Origin: a virus
DNA length: 35,667 bases
Virus genome (UHGV): UHGV-0093623
Direction: 5' to 3' (one strand)
The notes under the pieces were generated by a model. It was not told the origin of the DNA. It ran no database searches and saw nothing but the letters and a program-made list of their open reading frames with translations. Below are positions 1 through 7,817 of the stretch, one piece after another. Each line of letters starts with the position of its first letter. The stretch's first letter is position 1. The position numbers and the translations under genes were made by a program.

Positions 1-167
1 GCTCAGGCTCCAGCAGGACACGCCCCTGCATAAACAGGGGCATCAGCTCTGAACCGGGTCTGAACAAGACGATCCCCATACGCGGGGCAATTTCAGGGGT
101 CAGCAGTGCTCTCACGGTCACCTCAGCGAACGGTATTGCATGAACGCAGGAGAAAAAAATTCAGCCA

Positions 168-425
168 TCACGCAGTAAACTCCTTCACCAGCGTTTCAAA
201 CTGGCTTACCTGTCCTTCCAGTTCCGCCACGCAATCCACCAGCTCATCCACCGCCTTTTGTGTGCGGTGTTTTGCCTGCAGCAGATCACTAAGCGCCGGA
301 GTAAGCTGCTTGCGGAGCGTATCTTTTTTCACGCTCGTTTTTTCCATCTGTTCAGCACAACGAAGCATCTCCTGCGCCTGCCGACGAAGTTGTTCCGGTG
401 AAACAGTGATTGTTCTGTTGTTCAA
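168..425 (-). CDS. hypothetical 85-aa protein, last gene of the replication operon
   Basis: ORF track; apparent TTG start overlapping the DnaB-like stop by 4 bp; no recognisable motif. Confidence 0.35.
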   Translation of the reverse strand: MNNRTITVSPEQLRRQAQEMLRCAEQMEKTSVKKDTLRKQLTPALSDLLQAKHRTQKAVDELVDCVAELEGQVSQFETLVKEFTA

Positions 426-1822
426 AATAAACGCTCCGTTTTACTGCCCGACATGCGGTTATTGCTGTATCTGCGCGGATTGCCCGGCGTCATGGGTGTG
501 GAAAGAACCCGGGCACTCTCCTGGTCCACAGGCAGAAAATGTCCGTTATGAAAACGCCGGTAAATGGTCCCGAGCGTGCCATTACGCTGTTTCGTGATGT
601 TGATTTCTGCTATGCCTCTGGCCTGAGTTTCCGGGTTGTATACCTCATCCCTGTAAAGCATCAGAATGATGTCGGCATCCGCCTCGATTTCCCCGGAGTT
701 TTTCAGGTCCGAGTTCATTGGGCGTTTATTGGGTCTGGATTCCACGCCGCGGGAGAGCTGGCTCAGAGCAATCAGCGGAAAACCGCCGGATTTTGCCAGG
801 CTTTTAAGTCCCTTTGAGATTTCCCCCACCGCAAGGTCGTGACGCCCCGTGCTGCGGGTTTTAATCAGGCCGAGGTAATCGACCACCACCAGCGCCGTTT
901 CCGGGTGTTTCATCCGGTGGTGCTTCGTGGTTGCACATATCTCATCAATGGTCAGGTTTGCCTGGTCCACCATCCAGATATTACGCCCCGTCATTCGTCC
1001 CACGCCCTGCGAGAAACGCGCCCAGTCTTCATCTTCAAAACGGGCAACAGACTTAAGACGGGATACCGGCATTCCACCGGCAGCAGACACCATACGTTCA
1101 CCAATCTGGATGTTCGCCATCTCCATGGTGAACAGAAGCACGCCATGCCCCTGCTCAGTCACCTTGTCGATGATGTCCAGCGCAAGTTCGGTTTTCCCCA
1201 TCGAAGGACGGGCGGCAATGAATACCAGGTCTCCGGGCTCCATACCGCCCGTTTTTGCGTCCAGTTCATCAATACCGGTCATCAGCGCCCTGGATTTCTC
1301 CAGTCCCTGATTGCGGCATTCAACACGGTCGACCACTTCCGGAAGGACATCATCAATGTGAACCGGCTGAATGACGCCCTTTCCGGTCGACAGTGAGGCC
1401 ATCATGTTCTGCGCATCCTTCAGGGCATCCTCGGCTGCTTCACAGGTATACGCATCACGTAAATTCTGTAATGCTTCAGTCAGTGTTTTTTCTGCATCAC
1501 GCAGTGCGGCATTGCGCCGCAACGCTGCGACATAGTGCTCCAGTGAAGACTTCACCCAGGTTTTGCGTCCGGTGTCGGTAATCACCGGGGCAAGTTCCGG
1601 CATCTCATTGCACAGCAGTACGGGGTCAATGACGCCGGATATGCGAGCCTGTCTGCAAATCCCCGCGTAAATATCCCGGTACTGACGCACAAAAAATACA
1701 TCCGCCGGAAGTGTGGCCAGAATATCCATCACTTCCGGATCGGCCCCACGCAGAAAAAACGCACCGATGACAGCGCCTTCCAGGTCATCGTTACGCCATG
1801 CCGGGGTGTTCTGGCTGGTCAT
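422..1822 (-). CDS. replicative DNA helicase, DnaB family
   Basis: 466 aa; Walker A-like IAARPSMGKTELALD; DnaB-like C-terminal region; ATG overlaps the upstream gene stop (ATGA). Confidence 0.88.
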   Translation of the reverse strand: MTSQNTPAWRNDDLEGAVIGAFFLRGADPEVMDILATLPADVFFVRQYRDIYAGICRQARISGVIDPVLLCNEMPELAPVITDTGRKTWVKSSLEHYVAALRRNAALRDAEKTLTEALQNLRDAYTCEAAEDALKDAQNMMASLSTGKGVIQPVHIDDVLPEVVDRVECRNQGLEKSRALMTGIDELDAKTGGMEPGDLVFIAARPSMGKTELALDIIDKVTEQGHGVLLFTMEMANIQIGERMVSAAGGMPVSRLKSVARFEDEDWARFSQGVGRMTGRNIWMVDQANLTIDEICATTKHHRMKHPETALVVVDYLGLIKTRSTGRHDLAVGEISKGLKSLAKSGGFPLIALSQLSRGVESRPNKRPMNSDLKNSGEIEADADIILMLYRDEVYNPETQARGIAEINITKQRNGTLGTIYRRFHNGHFLPVDQESARVLSTPMTPGNPRRYSNNRMSGSKTERLF

Positions 1823-2727
1823 GCGGCAACACCTCCGATACGAGAACGGTAGCTGGGCCAGTTAAACGACAACCAGTTGCGCCCGCCATCGGTGATCCTG
1901 TCGGCAATCCGGGGACTGATGAACGCCCACAATTCTTCCGGTGAAAGGTTGCTGATCAGGATAGTTGGCAAAATACCCTCATACCGGGCATTGATAATTT
2001 CCTGCAAAATGGCCATTTCAGCCGCACTGCCAAACTGAACGCCGACTTCGTCGACAATCAGCAAATCCAGTGACGCATAATGCTCAATGACGTCATCCGC
2101 TGTTTTTTCACTGTCATTCCGCCAGCAGTTTTTCACAGCCCGGGTAAGGCGCATCACGTCGGTGATCTCCACACTGGCCAGATAGTTACGGATGATGTGT
2201 TTTGCCATTGATACCGCCAGATGATTTTTCCCGGTACCGCAACTGCCGGTCATAACAAGACTGGTACCGTTCTCCAGCATATCTGGCCAGTTCTCCGCAT
2301 AGCGGCGACAGGCCGCAAGATTTCTGGCTGCGTCAGGATTAACCTCCAGATAATTATCAAACTCGCAGTCCCGAAAACGCAGAGCAATTCCGGCGTTATC
2401 AGTCAGTTCTTCCGCCTTGAGGGACGACAGTTCCATGGTCAAATCACTGGCCTCAGCGATCAAGCAGTCAGGGCAGCATGAAATTTTTTCTCTGTCCTCG
2501 CCATTACGATCGATCCACACCAGTATATGCGTACGATATTTACCGTGTTTTTCGCAATATCCGCGACCTTCACGCATCAGGCAGGAACGATAAGGCCATG
2601 GCTTTTCGCCCTTCTGAGCAAATGCAATCTCTGCCCGTAACTCATCCATTTCTGCCCGTAACTCATCCATTCGCGCCTGTAGTCTTGTTTGTTTCTCACG
2701 TTGGTCAATCGTCATCATCGCTGTCAC
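1819..2727 (-). CDS. DnaC/IstB-like AAA+ helicase loader
   Basis: 302 aa; Walker A GSCGTGKNHLA and Walker B LLIVDEVG; Cys-rich N-terminal region; start may be GTG at 2727 or the ATG 9 bp inside. Confidence 0.8.
   Translation of the reverse strand: MTAMMTIDQREKQTRLQARMDELRAEMDELRAEIAFAQKGEKPWPYRSCLMREGRGYCEKHGKYRTHILVWIDRNGEDREKISCCPDCLIAEASDLTMELSSLKAEELTDNAGIALRFRDCEFDNYLEVNPDAARNLAACRRYAENWPDMLENGTSLVMTGSCGTGKNHLAVSMAKHIIRNYLASVEITDVMRLTRAVKNCWRNDSEKTADDVIEHYASLDLLIVDEVGVQFGSAAEMAILQEIINARYEGILPTILISNLSPEELWAFISPRIADRITDGGRNWLSFNWPSYRSRIGGVAA
2629..2672. repeat. 21-bp in-frame tandem duplication (2 copies) inside the DnaC-like gene
   Basis: ctgcccgtaactcatccatt repeated back to back; encodes MDELRAE-MDELRAE. 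Confidence 0.7.
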
Positions 2728-2728
2728 C

Positions 2729-3721
2729 TCAGAATGTCAATTTGTTACTGGATTTACCGAATTTGTCAGACATGGCTCCCAGGCCAGCCAGGACATCGAC
2801 CTGTCGCTGTCGCCCACCTCCGTGAGCGGCTGGCTGTTGCCAGTAATCTTCGAAGTGACGATCGGGTCCAAAGAACGTCGCAGCCTGCTTCACGAACTGT
2901 GTGCCGGTATTTCCTGTAGCACGTACCCAGGCGGCATACCGCTTCACGCCATCAAGCATGGTCTCCGGTTTTATTCCCTCCCTGATACGGGCTTTCCAGG
3001 CTTTGAAGGCTGCTGACTTGGAATTGCCACCAGCACGTTTGGGATATTCCTGCCAGGCCTGTTCAAATTCCGGTGAATATTCCTGTCGGGCAGAACGCGC
3101 TGGCGCAGACGCGTCAGCGGATGCATCAATAGTGTTTTTAGTCTCCGTTGTAATCTCTGTAGTAATCTCTGTATTTGTATCAACATTCGGCGTATCCCCT
3201 GTTCCGTTATGACGTCGGGGGGTGTTCCGTTTTAACGTAATAGCTGTATCGCTGATTGCATTATTGCTGTTACTTTCTGGCGAAACAGAAGAAGGTGTGG
3301 TGATGGCCGCAATTGCCTGTGGGTTGATCCCGACAAACAAAATATTGCTGCATTTCACCCCATCGAGCATTTCCACCGTGCGTAAATCCAGAGTAATAAA
3401 CCCTGCATCGCGCAGACGCTTCAGCGCATCTGCGGTTTCCCTTTTCCCGAAACCAAACTGCTCAGCAAACGCCTGGTAGCTTCTTTGCAGTTTGTCGCCC
3501 TGAAAACGCTTGCGATATCCCAACAACGCTCCGGTGTGCTCATCCCTGACCTCTGTCGGGCGGTACCAGTAAACGATCTCTGAAAGCAGAGCGATAGCCG
3601 TCGCATCCGGACGCCCACTGGGTAGTCGAATATATTTCCACCAGTTCGCAGGTGTAACATTGCCGGAAATATTAATTTGACCAATAGCCATAACTTCCGG
3701 TGTGGGGGCGTAACGGCTCAT
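2729..3721 (-). CDS. phage replication initiator / replisome organiser (lambda O-like position)
   Basis: 330 aa immediately upstream of the loader and helicase genes; two-domain layout with a low-complexity linker carrying tandem DNA repeats; family call is by position and general resemblance. Confidence 0.6.
   Translation of the reverse strand: MSRYAPTPEVMAIGQINISGNVTPANWWKYIRLPSGRPDATAIALLSEIVYWYRPTEVRDEHTGALLGYRKRFQGDKLQRSYQAFAEQFGFGKRETADALKRLRDAGFITLDLRTVEMLDGVKCSNILFVGINPQAIAAITTPSSVSPESNSNNAISDTAITLKRNTPRRHNGTGDTPNVDTNTEITTEITTETKNTIDASADASAPARSARQEYSPEFEQAWQEYPKRAGGNSKSAAFKAWKARIREGIKPETMLDGVKRYAAWVRATGNTGTQFVKQAATFFGPDRHFEDYWQQPAAHGGGRQRQVDVLAGLGAMSDKFGKSSNKLTF
3146..3175. repeat. 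iteron-like tandem 12-bp repeat (gtaatctctgta x2) inside the initiator gene; candidate origin element
   Basis: perfect tandem pair encoding EITTEITT in the linker; lambda ori also lies inside O. Confidence 0.4.
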
Positions 3722-4017
3722 ACAACCTCCTTCCGCGGCATGAGAATTGTGTAGCCACGCGCAGGTTGTAGTCTGGCTTTTGCATCAATAGTAAGCGTTG
3801 CAATTTTTCGGATATGAAGATAACCAGCTCTTTCCAGTGCCAGGGTTTCCCTGAATATCGCTTGCTTAGAACAACAGCAGAAATCAGCAAGCACCTGATG
3901 ATCAATAACTCTCTCGCCTTCACCGTCTGAAGAACCCGACATCAAAACACGCAACATAATTAGGCGCTGAATCGGGTTATCGAAAGCACATCCGCACACA
4001 AACTGAAAACAGTTCAC
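3718..4017 (-). CDS. hypothetical 99-aa protein with probable HTH
   Basis: ORF track; apparent GTG start overlapping the upstream stop; 4-bp overlap with the initiator gene. Confidence 0.45.
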   Translation of the reverse strand: MNCFQFVCGCAFDNPIQRLIMLRVLMSGSSDGEGERVIDHQVLADFCCCSKQAIFRETLALERAGYLHIRKIATLTIDAKARLQPARGYTILMPRKEVV

Positions 4018-4238
4018 GCCACACCTCCCAGACGCTTAAACATTTTTCCAGACAGAAATACCGCCAGAGGGTAACTGATGGTGTAGCTACGCCCCTGTAG
4101 TTCGCACACGACTTTCTGGCTTTCAGCGTTGACTAGGCAAACCCGCAGAACGTGACCGTTGCTGGTGGCGAACCACTGCCCCACACGGGGGCAACGGTTG
4201 TATCGGTGATACAGGGAATTAACGATGTGGCGGATCAT
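4014..4238 (-). CDS. hypothetical 74-aa protein
   Basis: ATGA overlaps on both sides. Confidence 0.4.
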   Translation of the reverse strand: MIRHIVNSLYHRYNRCPRVGQWFATSNGHVLRVCLVNAESQKVVCELQGRSYTISYPLAVFLSGKMFKRLGGVA

Positions 4239-4429
4239 GGACGCACCTCCACCGTAGTTACGTATTTAACCGGGCTACCTTTCATTGAGATGGTTTCACA
4301 CATCTCTGCCGCTTTCAGTTCCGCTGTTTTTCTGGATTTATAGCGACGGTGCCAGACAGATACATCCGTGCGAACTGATACATCGTTTCTGTATTCCGTA
4401 GTGGAGATGATGATTTCGTAACTAATCAT
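4235..4429 (-). CDS. hypothetical 64-aa protein
   Basis: ATGA overlaps on both sides. Confidence 0.4.
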   Translation of the reverse strand: MISYEIIISTTEYRNDVSVRTDVSVWHRRYKSRKTAELKAAEMCETISMKGSPVKYVTTVEVRP

Positions 4430-4977
4430 GGGCGAACCTCCTTGTCAGAACCATTCAGCCTGGAATCAACAAGTGCAGCGCCAAAAACAGCATCACCAAC
4501 ACGGTCGTACAGTTTGCTAGCCAGCGGAGATTCAACGGCCTTAAGCATTGGATAAAGCTGGCTTGTCCAGATTTGATGGATTTCACGCAAATGCAGGTAT
4601 ACGCCTCTGGCGTTTCGTGCGACAGCTGACATATCAACCGCGTCAGCACCAGATAAATTCTTCTCCATCTGGTTAAAGGCGTTGATGTATGCCTCTTTGA
4701 ACCGGGCTGCACGTTTGCCAGTAAAGCCCATAGCAAGGAACGCGAAGCCATCGCGGGTGATTTGATAGCAAGGTAGTTTGCGGCCTGTGCAATCGGTGTA
4801 ATCACTGGGCTGAAAATTCAGCTCAGTGAATTCAACAGAGCACTCAAGCGTCTGGATTTTTTGAATAACGTTTTTGTGCTGCTTGCAGAAATATTCGGCA
4901 ACGACCAAAGAAGAGGTAACAGCCTTCCCATGGATAACATCAATTTTAGGGTGAGTTTGGGTAGGGGTGGTTGCCAT
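4426..4977 (-). CDS. Rha-family phage regulatory protein (start at internal ATG 4977; the ORF stays open to 5274)
   Basis: Rha-like motifs GKAVTSSLVVAEYFCKQHKNVIQKI and YQITRDGFAFLAMGFTGKRAARFKEAY; GAGGA 7 nt upstream of ATG 4977; upstream 100 codons are low-complexity. Confidence 0.7.
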   Translation of the reverse strand: MATTPTQTHPKIDVIHGKAVTSSLVVAEYFCKQHKNVIQKIQTLECSVEFTELNFQPSDYTDCTGRKLPCYQITRDGFAFLAMGFTGKRAARFKEAYINAFNQMEKNLSGADAVDMSAVARNARGVYLHLREIHQIWTSQLYPMLKAVESPLASKLYDRVGDAVFGAALVDSRLNGSDKEVRP

Positions 4978-5296
4978 AGTGACATCCTCATGTGCGAATT
5001 TTGAAAACTCACCACATGGGACGCCAATCACAGAGGTGGTGAGACGTACAGGGTTGGCGTAACCGGTCGCACATGACCCCGGCGCATCTTTCGATGCCCC
5101 TGCACGCCCCACCATAATTTGGATGTGAGGAAACGTGCGCAAAAAAACCGCTGAAGCGCGGTTATGCGCATGTGCGAATTTCAGGACGCCAATCCCGGCA
5201 CCCGCTTTATAAGGTGCGGAGACAGTGTAACGTCCCGAAATTGCAGAATCAATATTTGGTCTTGAAATGATCATATAGCTGCTGATATCTTTAGAA

Positions 5297-5382
5297 CTGT
5301 TCTTGGATGTTTCGGAGCCGTTTTATGCGAAACAGCTCCCCGTTATTGATGTTGAGTGAGCCGGGTTACTCCCGGCTTTTTT
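5297..5382 (+). ncRNA. candidate short antisense RNA (OOP-like) ending at the terminator
   Basis: weak promoter-like TTGAAA-N18-TATCTT near 5262-5291 plus the plus-strand terminator; no plus-strand CDS. Confidence 0.2.
5359..5382 (+). terminator. intrinsic terminator oriented for plus-strand transcription (gccggg-ttact-cccggc + T7)
   Basis: GC stem followed by 7 T on the plus strand; on the minus strand the run precedes the stem, so it is not a minus-strand terminator. Confidence 0.55.
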
Positions 5383-6090
5383 TCACCGCTGCCAACCAAT
5401 AACCTGAAATAACCCCATTTTCGGGTGATACCAGCGAGTCCCTCGCGGTTCTGCTTCCTCCATAACCCGATAAAAAGCAGCCATAAACGGTTCCACAGCA
5501 ACAATTGCGCGACGTGACAACAATCCGTCCGGCGTCATGAACTCATGGGTGTCTGTAGGAATCTGATAGGCGTTCACCAGATTGCGGCATTTATCATCTG
5601 ACAAACCGGTTTTTGCTTTCAGTTGGCGATATCCGGCATAGCCCTCACGAATAGTGCCCTTTTTAATTTGCTCGACTGTTTCAGCAACGTGGCTGACTTT
5701 TTCTTCCACCTGAGTGATCCGTTTCTGCTGACGAACTGCTTCAAGAGCCATCGCGGCAACCATTTCGATTTCGCTCATTGGCTTACGGATCTGTTCTTCC
5801 AGTTCGCGCCAGCGATCTACCAGGCGAGCAGTGAATTCAGGACAGAGCTGTGCGACGACAATGATGCTGTCGCGCTTACCTTGTTCTCCTTCAAACAGGT
5901 AATGCTCATATTGAACTTTAAAACCTAAGTTATTGATTCTTTCGGAAACCTCAATTTGAGGAGACCGGACAACGCCACCTTTGGCTAATGTTTCAATAGT
6001 GCGTTTCACATTGTCATGACGTTTACCCACCAGCTCTGCGATCTCAACGCTGGTCATGGATGCTTTGCCGTTAAAAATTGCGGTGTTCAT
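5383..6090 (-). CDS. Rha-family phage regulatory protein
   Basis: 235 aa; N-terminal SVEIAELVGKRHDNVKRTIETL motif; AGGAGA RBS. Confidence 0.8.
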   Translation of the reverse strand: MNTAIFNGKASMTSVEIAELVGKRHDNVKRTIETLAKGGVVRSPQIEVSERINNLGFKVQYEHYLFEGEQGKRDSIIVVAQLCPEFTARLVDRWRELEEQIRKPMSEIEMVAAMALEAVRQQKRITQVEEKVSHVAETVEQIKKGTIREGYAGYRQLKAKTGLSDDKCRNLVNAYQIPTDTHEFMTPDGLLSRRAIVAVEPFMAAFYRVMEEAEPRGTRWYHPKMGLFQVIGWQR

Positions 6091-6314
6091 TGTTGGTCTC
6101 CTGTGGGCTTGTCATCTTCTGTATTCGCTAGACTTGGGTGTGTATATGGAATGCTCGGATCCAGATGACAAAGAATGGCAACATCCTCCGGAACACCTCG
6201 CGTTTTCCACTTTCCAACACCTTGACTGCCACGAGGCCTTCCTTTCTTTGGGAACCTGCGACCAATAGCGGCATTGGTTTTAAATTGAAATTTTAATATT
6301 TCATAAAGGGTCAT
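6087..6314 (-). CDS. hypothetical 75-aa ORF in the cro position
   Basis: ATG about 30 nt downstream of the predicted rightward promoter; stop overlaps the Rha ATG (ATGA); protein is Lys/Arg/Gly-rich with no obvious HTH. Confidence 0.3.
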   Translation of the reverse strand: MTLYEILKFQFKTNAAIGRRFPKKGRPRGSQGVGKWKTRGVPEDVAILCHLDPSIPYTHPSLANTEDDKPTGDQQ

Positions 6315-6330
6315 TCTTTAGTCTCACACC

Positions 6331-6418
6331 AGATACTTTGTTATCCAACGATGTTAACCGCGGGAATCCAAAGTATCAAGAAATTCTGTTACTTTAGTAT
6401 CAACAGCCATGAGAGGAG
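6331..6418. promoter_or_regulatory. divergent early promoter/operator region (OR-like)
   Basis: minus-strand TTGATA-N17-TAACAT (plus 6374-6379 and 6351-6356); three copies of a GTATCA-core motif (6332-6340 inverted, 6369-6377, 6396-6404); cI RBS GAGAGGAG at 6411-6418. Confidence 0.5.
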
Positions 6419-6425
6419 AAGAAAA

Positions 6426-7082
6426 ATGAAGTCTTTAGGTGAACGTCTCATCAACGCACGGCAAAAAGCTGGGTTAACACAAGATGCGTTGGCTAAAAAA
6501 GCTGGGATCACCAGAGTTGCAATCAGTAAAGCCGAGCAAGGCCTTACAAAAAGTTTCAACGGTGACACCCTTTTTAAAGTTGCAGCTGCACTGCGGTGTT
6601 CACCGCAGTGGCTTCAGAACGGAGATGAAAAAGATAAGCATTGGGAAAATAATGTTAAGAGCTGCCCACAGAGAGACACAGCACACTCTTACCCTGTAAT
6701 TAACTGGGTTCAGGCAGGATTATTCGCAACTTCTGGTGATGACTACAACATGTATGATCAGGATAATTGGAGGCATTCTGTAAAATACGCTGGTGAGAGG
6801 GGGTTCTGGCTGGAAGTGCACGGAGACTCAATGACTTCGCCCGTAGGAATAACATTTCCTGAAGGAATGTCGATCCTTGTCAACCCAGATAAAGAAGTTT
6901 TTTCAGGGTGTTACGTCATCGCCAGAAAAAAATCCACCAATGAAGCAACATTCAAAAAATATATTTCTGACATGGGAAAGGCGTTTCTAAAGCCCCTTAA
7001 TCCACAATATCCAATCATAGAAATGGACAATGATTGCGAAATAGTAGGTGTTGTGGTTGATGCCAGGTGGGATATTTTCTGA
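6426..7082 (+). CDS. CI-like prophage repressor (HTH_XRE + S24 LexA-like peptidase)
   Basis: HTH LTQDALAKKAGITRVAISKAEQG; C-terminal GDSM and downstream Lys (ARKK); start chosen at ATG 6426 with RBS. Confidence 0.85.
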   Translation: MKSLGERLINARQKAGLTQDALAKKAGITRVAISKAEQGLTKSFNGDTLFKVAAALRCSPQWLQNGDEKDKHWENNVKSCPQRDTAHSYPVINWVQAGLFATSGDDYNMYDQDNWRHSVKYAGERGFWLEVHGDSMTSPVGITFPEGMSILVNPDKEVFSGCYVIARKKSTNEATFKKYISDMGKAFLKPLNPQYPIIEMDNDCEIVGVVVDARWDIF

Positions 7083-7108
7083 CCAGACACAAAACACAAA
7101 AAGAAACC

Positions 7109-7181
7109 AAAGTATCAAAAATCACTTGCCACACCTTGATACCTTAGTTACCATAAAACAAAGTTCGTAACTGAGGTATCA
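7109..7181. promoter_or_regulatory. OL-like operator/promoter region downstream of cI
   Basis: GTATCAA at 7112-7118, inverted TTGATAC at 7136-7142, GGTATCA at 7175-7181; TTGCCA-N17-TACCAT at 7126-7154. Confidence 0.4.
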
Positions 7182-7185
7182 TCTC

Positions 7186-7689
7186 ATGATCAATAAAGCT
7201 ACAACTCTTGACTGTCTCGAAGAACTGAAAAACCTCGGCAGCCTCATTACACTAATAGCAAAAGCAACACCTGATGCTACGCTCTCTAGCGATATAGAGT
7301 CATGCGCAGGACTGGCATGGGATATGACAAATAGCATATCCAGAAAGCTATCGTCAGCAATGCTTTTACAGAACAAAAATTCTGCAATCAACAACCGTCT
7401 TCGCACCCAACGCGAAGCCTGCGGCTTAACAACCGCCGAACTCGCCAGGCTGCTCGATCTCGATGAAGAAATTATCATCCAGTGGGAGAGCGGAGAGTAT
7501 GAACCAACTATCAGTATGCTTATCCCACTGGCAAATATTCTTGGCTGCGATCCGATGTGGCTGTTAACTGGTGAGGTTACTCCTCCGGAGCAACCAAAAA
7601 GTGAGGAGCAGCAACACCATGACGCATCTCAACAAGTTTGCCCCTTATCTCGCGAAGCTCTTCTGCGGAAGAACCAATACCAATGGTGA
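7186..7689 (+). CDS. HTH_XRE-domain protein (167 aa), first gene of the leftward operon
   Basis: HTH segment LTTAELARLLDLDEEIIIQWESGEYEPTISMLIPLANILGCDPMWLLTGE; GAGGT RBS; true start could be an internal Met. Confidence 0.6.
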   Translation: MINKATTLDCLEELKNLGSLITLIAKATPDATLSSDIESCAGLAWDMTNSISRKLSSAMLLQNKNSAINNRLRTQREACGLTTAELARLLDLDEEIIIQWESGEYEPTISMLIPLANILGCDPMWLLTGEVTPPEQPKSEEQQHHDASQQVCPLSREALLRKNQYQW

Positions 7690-7817
7690 CATAATCGCCG
7701 CTTCGCCCTTCAAGGTACATGCGAACATTTTTATCAATCATTGCGGAAACAGTCTCAATATGAAAACACTTCTGAGACTCGCTATATAGCAGAACATATA
7801 AGTCAGCTGAGGAAGCC

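Noticed and set aside
106-597. 163-aa plus-strand ORF
   Set aside because: Low-complexity Ser/Cys/Arg-rich translation lying antisense to the DnaB-family gene and the 85-aa gene; no RBS; typical shadow ORF.
839-1581. Plus-strand ORFs of 185, 127 and 62 aa
   Set aside because: All lie antisense within the DnaB-family helicase gene, whose own frame carries strong motifs.
2901-3479. Plus-strand ORFs inside the initiator gene
   Set aside because: Antisense to a minus-strand gene that is part of a translationally coupled operon; composition looks like translated non-coding frame.
4978-5274. N-terminal 100 codons of the long Rha ORF
   Set aside because: Not firmly rejected, but the Rha homology begins only after the internal ATG at 4977, which has a GAGGA RBS; the extension is low-complexity and contains DNA repeats, so the shorter gene is preferred.
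5623-5928. 101-aa plus-strand ORF
   Set aside because: Antisense within the well-supported Rha gene 5383-6090.
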